From: Chitinophagales bacterium
Lineage (GTDB): Bacteria; Bacteroidota; Bacteroidia; Chitinophagales; JADIYW01
DNA: 64,000 bases
Direction: 5' to 3'
NCBI GenBank assembly: GCA_041393015.1
Contig: JAWKKV010000001.1
Span: 498,625 to 562,624, forward strand
Made by a program: the position numbers and the translations under genes
Part shown: positions 59,340 through 64,000 of the stretch, in pieces
Layout: every line of letters begins with the position of its first letter
How positions within the stretch are numbered: position 1 is the first letter of the stretch
Notes under the pieces: model-generated
Database searches by the model: none
The model's input: only the letters and a program-made list of their open reading frames with translations
What the model was told of the DNA's origin: nothing

Positions 59340-60050
59340 ATGGCTGAACCTCAAAAGAAACATATATTAATAGTTGATGACGATAGAGCATTAAGTCCAT
59401 TAGTAGCAGAGTATTTACAAGCTAAAAATTTTGAAACAACTTTGTGTCATAATGCTGAGGAAGGTTTGAAAAAGTTTAGAAGTTTAGATATTGATTTGTG
59501 TGTTTTAGATATTAAAATGCCTATTAAAAATGGATTTGCATTAGCGCATGAGATAAGAGAATTTTCGAGCGACATTCCCTATCTTTTTTTAACCAGCGAA
59601 TCTGCTAAAGAAATGCGAATAGAAGGCTTAAAAATGGGTGCTGACGATTATATTCTCAAGCCTTTTAGCATGGAGGAATTGTTTTTGAGGATACAGCTTA
59701 TCTTAAAAAGAAGCTTTTATCAATACAATCAAAAAATAGAAAATAGATCTCATTTTTCAATTGGTAAATTCAACTTCGACTCTAATTCCAGGCTATTAAG
59801 TGATGGTGACAAGACGATTAGTTTAAGTGCCATAGAATCACAATTACTTCAAATGTTTTGTGAGTCAAATGATGGTTATGTAGAACGAGAAAATGCCCTA
59901 AAACTAATTTGGAATGATGATGATATGATTAGAACCAGAAGTTTAAATGTTTATGTAAGTAAGCTTAGAAAACACTTGGAATCTGATCCAAATATTTCTT
60001 TTTTAAATGTGCATGGAAGCGGTTACAAAATGGTTGTTAAGGACAACTGA
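59340..60050 (+). CDS. OmpR/PhoB-family response regulator
   Basis: REC domain (ILIVDDD, VLDIKMPIKNG, ADDYILKPF) plus a winged-helix domain (LSAIESQLLQMF...RSLNVYVSKLRKHL...GSGYKM). ATG at 59340 preferred over TTG at 59322. Confidence 0.9.
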   Translation: MAEPQKKHILIVDDDRALSPLVAEYLQAKNFETTLCHNAEEGLKKFRSLDIDLCVLDIKMPIKNGFALAHEIREFSSDIPYLFLTSESAKEMRIEGLKMGADDYILKPFSMEELFLRIQLILKRSFYQYNQKIENRSHFSIGKFNFDSNSRLLSDGDKTISLSAIESQLLQMFCESNDGYVERENALKLIWNDDDMIRTRSLNVYVSKLRKHLESDPNISFLNVHGSGYKMVVKDN

Positions 60051-60110
60051 TCAATTAATACCATTTTAATAGTTATTTTCTTTCTACAAAACGATTTCTA
60101 AAATTTATAT

Positions 60111-60137
60111 AAGCATCTTGAATGATGCTTTTTTTTG
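60111..60137 (+). terminator. rho-independent terminator
   Basis: aagcatc / gatgctt stem followed by a T7 run. Confidence 0.7.
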
Positions 60138-60243
60138 ATGATTGATATAAGTATATAGAACCATCACTGCATAAATTGAACTTTTCTTATTAATGAAAAC
60201 AAATAATAGTTACTATCTTTTCACCCAAATTTATTAATCTATA

Positions 60244-61500
60244 ATGAAGTACTTACTACTCTGTTTAACAATGATTTTCTCATCTTCCACTTTTGCTCAA
60301 ACTTGGGTAGATACTCTAGATAATTTTGTTCGAAAATCATATATGCCACCACAAAATTATGGCTGGACATGGCAGAATGCTCCTTTGCTACACGTAATGG
60401 AAATTCAGTATGAAATGATGCCTGAAGAAGAAAAAGCGAAATATCTTTTATATGTAAAAAGAGCAGTTGACAAAAATATAGTTTGGGTGAGCGGTGCATT
60501 TCCAAATGCCGTTGCTTCGTCCAATGGATTGGCTTTTTTATATAGAGCTACCGGCAATGAACTTTATGGTGATTTGGCCAGAAATGTTTACTACGAATAT
60601 TTAAATATTAGAAGAACATCCAATGGTGGTGTATCTCATTTGGCTTGGACGCCAGAATTATGGGACGATACCGTTTACATGATTGGTGTTTATTTATTGG
60701 CCATGTATCGTGCAACCAATGATGAGAAATATTTAGATGAAATTATTGAACAATTTAAAGCTCACAAAGAAAAATTAGTGGATGAAGCATCTGGTTTATG
60801 GGTGCATGGCTGGGATGGTGACGACAAGAATGATTTTGATTTTTGCTCACAGATCAATTGGCCAGACCCTATTACAAGAAGAAGCAGTGAGTTATGGGGC
60901 CGTGGTAATGGTTGGGTTGTAGTAACTTTAAGTGAGTTATTAAACAACATGGATCCATCTCATCCAGAATGGGATTATATTGCCAATTCTTTGAAAGAAA
61001 TGATTGAGGATTTGCCAAGTGTACAAGATGAAGCTACCGGACATTGGTATCAATTGCCTTACAGAAATGAAGAAGAAGGAAATTACATAGAAAGTTCTTG
61101 TACTGCGATGTTTGGTTATGGTATTCTTACCGCTTTAAAGCATGAAATAGTAGCCGGAGAAGTGTATGAAAATGCCGTAAAAATAGCCTATCACGGCTTG
61201 AGAGCTCACAGTACTTTTCCGGTTATTAGAAACGACATTGAATATTATAATGTAAAAAATGTAGCGCAAGAAACCTGTATTGGCGACAAAGACTATTACT
61301 TTAATATCACATCTGGCCAAGGTAAAGTATATGCCATCGCCATGTTTGTTTTGTTTGGTCGGACTTATGAAGCCTATATTAATCCTCCAGTTGTTATCTC
61401 CAATTTAAACCATGAATATTTAAGTTCTTTCAAAATCTATCCTACGGTTCTCAAAAACTCTCAAGTTTTGCAATTATCAATTAATGCTAATAGAGCATAG
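60244..61500 (+). CDS. GH88/GH105-family unsaturated glycuronyl/rhamnogalacturonyl hydrolase, ended by an in-frame TAG inside its T9SS sorting domain
   Basis: Signal peptide. (alpha/alpha)6 hydrolase motifs DDTVYMIGVYLL, GLWVHGWDG, WGRGNGWVVVTLSELL. The C-terminus begins a sorting domain (FKIYPTVLKNSQVLQLSI) and then stops. Confidence 0.8.
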   Translation: MKYLLLCLTMIFSSSTFAQTWVDTLDNFVRKSYMPPQNYGWTWQNAPLLHVMEIQYEMMPEEEKAKYLLYVKRAVDKNIVWVSGAFPNAVASSNGLAFLYRATGNELYGDLARNVYYEYLNIRRTSNGGVSHLAWTPELWDDTVYMIGVYLLAMYRATNDEKYLDEIIEQFKAHKEKLVDEASGLWVHGWDGDDKNDFDFCSQINWPDPITRRSSELWGRGNGWVVVTLSELLNNMDPSHPEWDYIANSLKEMIEDLPSVQDEATGHWYQLPYRNEEEGNYIESSCTAMFGYGILTALKHEIVAGEVYENAVKIAYHGLRAHSTFPVIRNDIEYYNVKNVAQETCIGDKDYYFNITSGQGKVYAIAMFVLFGRTYEAYINPPVVISNLNHEYLSSFKIYPTVLKNSQVLQLSINANRA

Positions 61501-61686
61501 GAATTTACATTGAATATTGTAGATGTAATGGGAAGAAAAGTTGATAGTCAACCGATTTATGTTCAAGCGGGTATCAACAACCAATCAATTTCATTGAAAA
61601 CGTTACAAAGCGGACAATACTTTATAATGGTTCAAACCAATAAAGGAGAATCAGTAACTAGTAAGTCATTTGTTATAAGTGATTAA
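61501..61686 (+). pseudogene. severed remainder of a T9SS type A C-terminal sorting domain (in frame with the upstream hydrolase)
   Basis: The frame continues after the TAG as EFTLNIVDVMGRKVDSQPIYVQAGINNQSISLKTLQSGQYFIMVQTNKGESVTSKSFVISD*, which fits the Por_Secre_tail pattern. Confidence 0.65.
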
Positions 61687-62090
61687 AATTACGCTCGAAT
61701 TTAGTTTGAAACTTCACATTTAACGGTCATCAACAACCTGTTTAAAGTCTATTTAACAGACTGAATATGTATGATTATATCCATTAATGATATAAACTAT
61801 GTGTCTACACAAAAAATACAACACAAAATAGAAGTCATGTTTACAAATGATTCTCCTCAGTTAAAAACTTTAATTTCTAACTTAATTTACGCCCATTAAT
61901 TTATTAAAAGATGTATTTTCCGGTTCACATAAAGAACACAAAGCGAAATAATATCAATTGCTGCTTTTGATTTTTGTCTACTTAAATCATTTTGTGTTTT
62001 GAACCGTTACAAAATTAAATTAAAGGGCCATACTTCAATGTGAGAAGTATCCATCTTAATATTTTTATTTAATCAACTAAACAGAAAATT

Positions 62091-62255
62091 ATGTCAAAAA
62101 AAGACGACGAAAAGAAAAAAGAGGCGAAAAAAGCCAAGAAAAAAGTTGAAGCAAAAAAGAAAGCTAAAAAAGCGAAAAAGAAAAAGGCATCAAAAAAGAA
62201 AGATGCTAAAAAGAAGAAAGATGCTAAAAAGAAGAAAAAAAAGAAAAAGAAATAA
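62091..62255 (+). CDS. 54-aa lysine-rich basic protein (below the ORF-track size cut-off)
   Basis: MSKKDDEKKKEAKKAKKKVEAKKKAKKAKKKKASKKKDAKKKKDAKKKKKKKKK*. ATG start; a strong terminator begins 24 nt after the stop. Confidence 0.55.
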   Translation: MSKKDDEKKKEAKKAKKKVEAKKKAKKAKKKKASKKKDAKKKKDAKKKKKKKKK

Positions 62256-62278
62256 GCTCATTTAGGCTTTCAATTTAA

Positions 62279-62321
62279 AGACTATCAATTCAAAAAGACG
62301 GGTGAATTGGTAGTCTTTTTT
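62279..62321 (+). terminator. rho-independent terminator (13-bp stem)
   Basis: agactatcaattc / gaattggtagtct stem followed by ttttttatt. Confidence 0.7.
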
Positions 62322-62335
62322 ATTACATGGAATGA

Positions 62336-63247
62336 CTAATGTTTAAAATCAATATTCAACACTTTAAACACATGAAATAAATAAGGGAATAAAGCATCAA
62401 AAGATTCTGAAGCGCCTTTAGTAGAGCCTGGCAAAGTAATAATCAATGTATTGCCTTTAAATCCTGCAACTCCTCTCGATAGCATGGCATAAGGCATTCG
62501 CTGTTGACCGTAATTTCTAGCGGCTTCCATTATTCCCGGAATTGCTCTATCAATTATTTTAGCCACTACATCAGGTGTAATATCTCTTGGCGACAAGCCG
62601 GTACCACCAACCGTTAAAATCAAATCTGTTGATTGATAACACAATTCATTAATTAACTTTTCAATTGGCTCGGCTTCATCAGGAACAATATGCTTTTGAA
62701 TATTTTTCACCTCTAAAACTTGTAATTTTTCTACAATCGCTTTTCCAGCAACATCTTCCTTTTCTCCCGTTGAAACAGAATCAGAAACCACTACAACAGC
62801 AGCTTTAAAATTGGCAGGAGCTTTTGGTTTAAAATCTGACTTTCCTCCTTTTTTACTGATTAAACCAATTTTTTGAATTTCAACTTCTTTGTCTATGGGT
62901 TTTAGCATATCGTATATCGTCAATGCCGTAATGGATGCCCCAGTCATCGCTTCAACCTCTACTCCGGTTTTGTAGATTGTAGCCACTTCTACTGTAATTA
63001 TAATTTCTAAATCCTTGCACTCAAAACTGATGTCGGTAAACTCTATCGGCATAGGATGGCAATCTGGAATAAAATCAGACGTTCTTTTGACGCCGAACAA
63101 ACCAGCCGTTTTCGCCATGCTTAAAACATCTCCTTTTGGAACTGTTTTGTTGACAACCGCTTCAATGGTTTCCTTTTTTGAAACCTTAACAATCGCTTGC
63201 GCTGTGGCTATTCTTAAACTACTTATTTTATGCGTGATGTCTACCAT
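62336..63247 (-). CDS. moaC: bifunctional molybdenum cofactor biosynthesis protein MoaC / MoaB(MogA-like)
   Basis: N-terminal MoaC half (HKISSLRIATA..., DCHPMPI, GVEVEAMTGAS) and a C-terminal MoaB/Mog half (AAVVVVSDS, TVGGTGLSPRD, PGSTKG). Confidence 0.9.
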   Translation of the reverse strand: MVDITHKISSLRIATAQAIVKVSKKETIEAVVNKTVPKGDVLSMAKTAGLFGVKRTSDFIPDCHPMPIEFTDISFECKDLEIIITVEVATIYKTGVEVEAMTGASITALTIYDMLKPIDKEVEIQKIGLISKKGGKSDFKPKAPANFKAAVVVVSDSVSTGEKEDVAGKAIVEKLQVLEVKNIQKHIVPDEAEPIEKLINELCYQSTDLILTVGGTGLSPRDITPDVVAKIIDRAIPGIMEAARNYGQQRMPYAMLSRGVAGFKGNTLIITLPGSTKGASESFDALFPYLFHVFKVLNIDFKH

Positions 63248-63250
63248 TTG

Positions 63251-63391
63251 AAGTGTCTAGAGTTTCAAGTGAGCTAAAGTGCCTAAAGTTATTTAAAAAA
63301 AGAGTGTCTAGCGTTTTAAGTACTTAAAGTGCCTAAAATTATCTAATTAAAATCAACTTTAGTCACTTGTAATTTTAGTTCACTTGAAACT
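63251..63391. repeat. about 50-nt tandem repeat x2 plus an inverted partial third copy, between moaE and moaC/B
   Basis: agtgtctagAgtttCaagtgagctaaagtgcctaaaGttat versus agtgtctagCgtttTaagtacttaaagtgcctaaaAttat. 63371-63389 is the reverse complement of agtttcaagtgagctaaa, with the mismatch a for g. Confidence 0.7.
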
Positions 63392-63829
63392 TCATAAATT
63401 TACCTTCCAAATATGTGCGCCATCTTCAAATATCTCCTTTCCAAAAATGGGCACTTTAGTTTTTATCTCTTCTACTAAATAATGAATGGCTTTATAACAT
63501 TCCTCTCTGTGTTTGGACGACACAAATACAATCAAACATATTTCTCCGGCTTTTACTTCTCCTAAACTATGGTAAATATGCATGCACGATAAATCGTATT
63601 TTTCAAAAGTGGCTTCTCGAATGTCATGGAAAACATTTTCAGCCATTTCATGATAGGCAGTATAGTCAATGGCCGCTACCGTTTTTTTTTCGATTACATC
63701 TGCCCGAACTTGTCCTAAGAAAATCTGATGTGCACCGATATCCGTTTTAGAGCTGTGTTTCGCTATAGAATCAGCTATAAATTCAGGTTGTATGGGTCCT
63801 TCTACAAATACTTTTTTTGGTTTTTTCAT
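63392..63829 (-). CDS. moaE: molybdopterin synthase catalytic subunit
   Basis: GAHQIFLGQVRAD, IDYTAYHEMAE, GEICLIVFVSSKHREE, PIFGKE motifs. ATG (MKKPKKV) preferred over GTG at 63868. Confidence 0.88.
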   Translation of the reverse strand: MKKPKKVFVEGPIQPEFIADSIAKHSSKTDIGAHQIFLGQVRADVIEKKTVAAIDYTAYHEMAENVFHDIREATFEKYDLSCMHIYHSLGEVKAGEICLIVFVSSKHREECYKAIHYLVEEIKTKVPIFGKEIFEDGAHIWKVNL

Positions 63830-63868
63830 TTTATCAAGCTGTATTTTTTCTAATTTAAGGCTAACCAC

Positions 63869-63968
63869 AAAGTACTCAAAGAAGTCACGAAGTACACAAA
63901 GAAAAATGAGAATCTTAGTGACCTTTGTGCAACAGCCTTTGTAACCTTAGTGGTAAAAAGTAGCAATC
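63869..63968. repeat. short-word imperfect palindromic repeat region between moaD and moaE
   Basis: gaagtcacgaagtacacaaag ... cttagtgacctttgtgcaacagcctttgtaaccttagtgg (cacaaag/ctttgtg; cttagtg twice). Confidence 0.5.
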
Positions 63969-64000
63969 TCAACCGCCCGCAAATGGAGGTAATAAGGCAA
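63969..64000 (-). CDS. moaD: 3' end of a MoaD/ThiS-type sulfur-carrier gene (partial)
   Basis: The minus strand reads ...LPPFAGG*, a C-terminal Gly-Gly immediately upstream of moaE. Only 10 codons are visible. Confidence 0.45.
   Translation of the reverse strand, partial: ALLPPFAGG

Noticed and set aside
63251-63391. Possible CRISPR array
   Set aside because: There are only about 2.5 contiguous repeat units with no unique spacers between them, and no cas genes in the window.
63672-63680. 9-nt homopolymer (T9 on the + strand) inside moaE as a possible phase-variation tract
   Set aside because: Runs of this length are common in this AT-rich sequence, and the frame is intact. No evidence of switching can be obtained from a single sequence.

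Overview
AT-rich (about one-third G+C by eye, not computed) chromosome segment of a Bacteroidota organism, probably Flavobacteriia or Cytophagia. The taxon call rests on T9SS cargo proteins with type A and type B C-terminal sorting domains, a PorP/SprF gene, TAnnTTTG-type -7 promoter boxes and many alternative start codons. No searches were run; all calls come from reading the translated ORFs and the DNA. Most of the window is core genome: rpoN, asnS, rimP-nusA-infB, SixA-like/ppk1/ppx, an ECF sigma/anti-sigma pair, nadD, a lysine-catabolic block (VOC protein, aminoadipate-semialdehyde-type ALDH, saccharopine dehydrogenase), tag, tRNA-Asn, phnA and moaD/moaE/moaC-moaB. I found no CRISPR array, integrase, reverse transcriptase or recognisable defence operon. 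Candidates worth a second look: (1) an HUH/Y1 (RAYT or IS200-like) transposase at 38.8-39.7 kb, bracketed by two same-orientation nested-hairpin elements. (2) A minus-strand block at 49-59 kb with a hybrid sensor kinase, a stand-alone Hpt, lgt overlapping two paralogous beta-lactamase-fold lipoproteins, and a TPR kinase with a LuxR regulator. A 10-bp direct-repeat motif is shared between two of its promoter regions. (3) A glycan or envelope modification cluster at 5.8-11.7 kb (GT-C, Alg5/DPM1-like GT2 fused to a methyltransferase, two more methyltransferases, a FemAB-like protein). (4) Several conserved non-coding repeats, including a ~255-nt element present twice 26 kb apart and repeats wedged between the moa cistrons. 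(5) A GH88/GH105-type hydrolase whose T9SS sorting domain is cut off by an in-frame TAG. (6) An unannotated 54-aa lysine-rich ORF with its own terminator. I cannot say which of these, if any, is truly undescribed without database searches.
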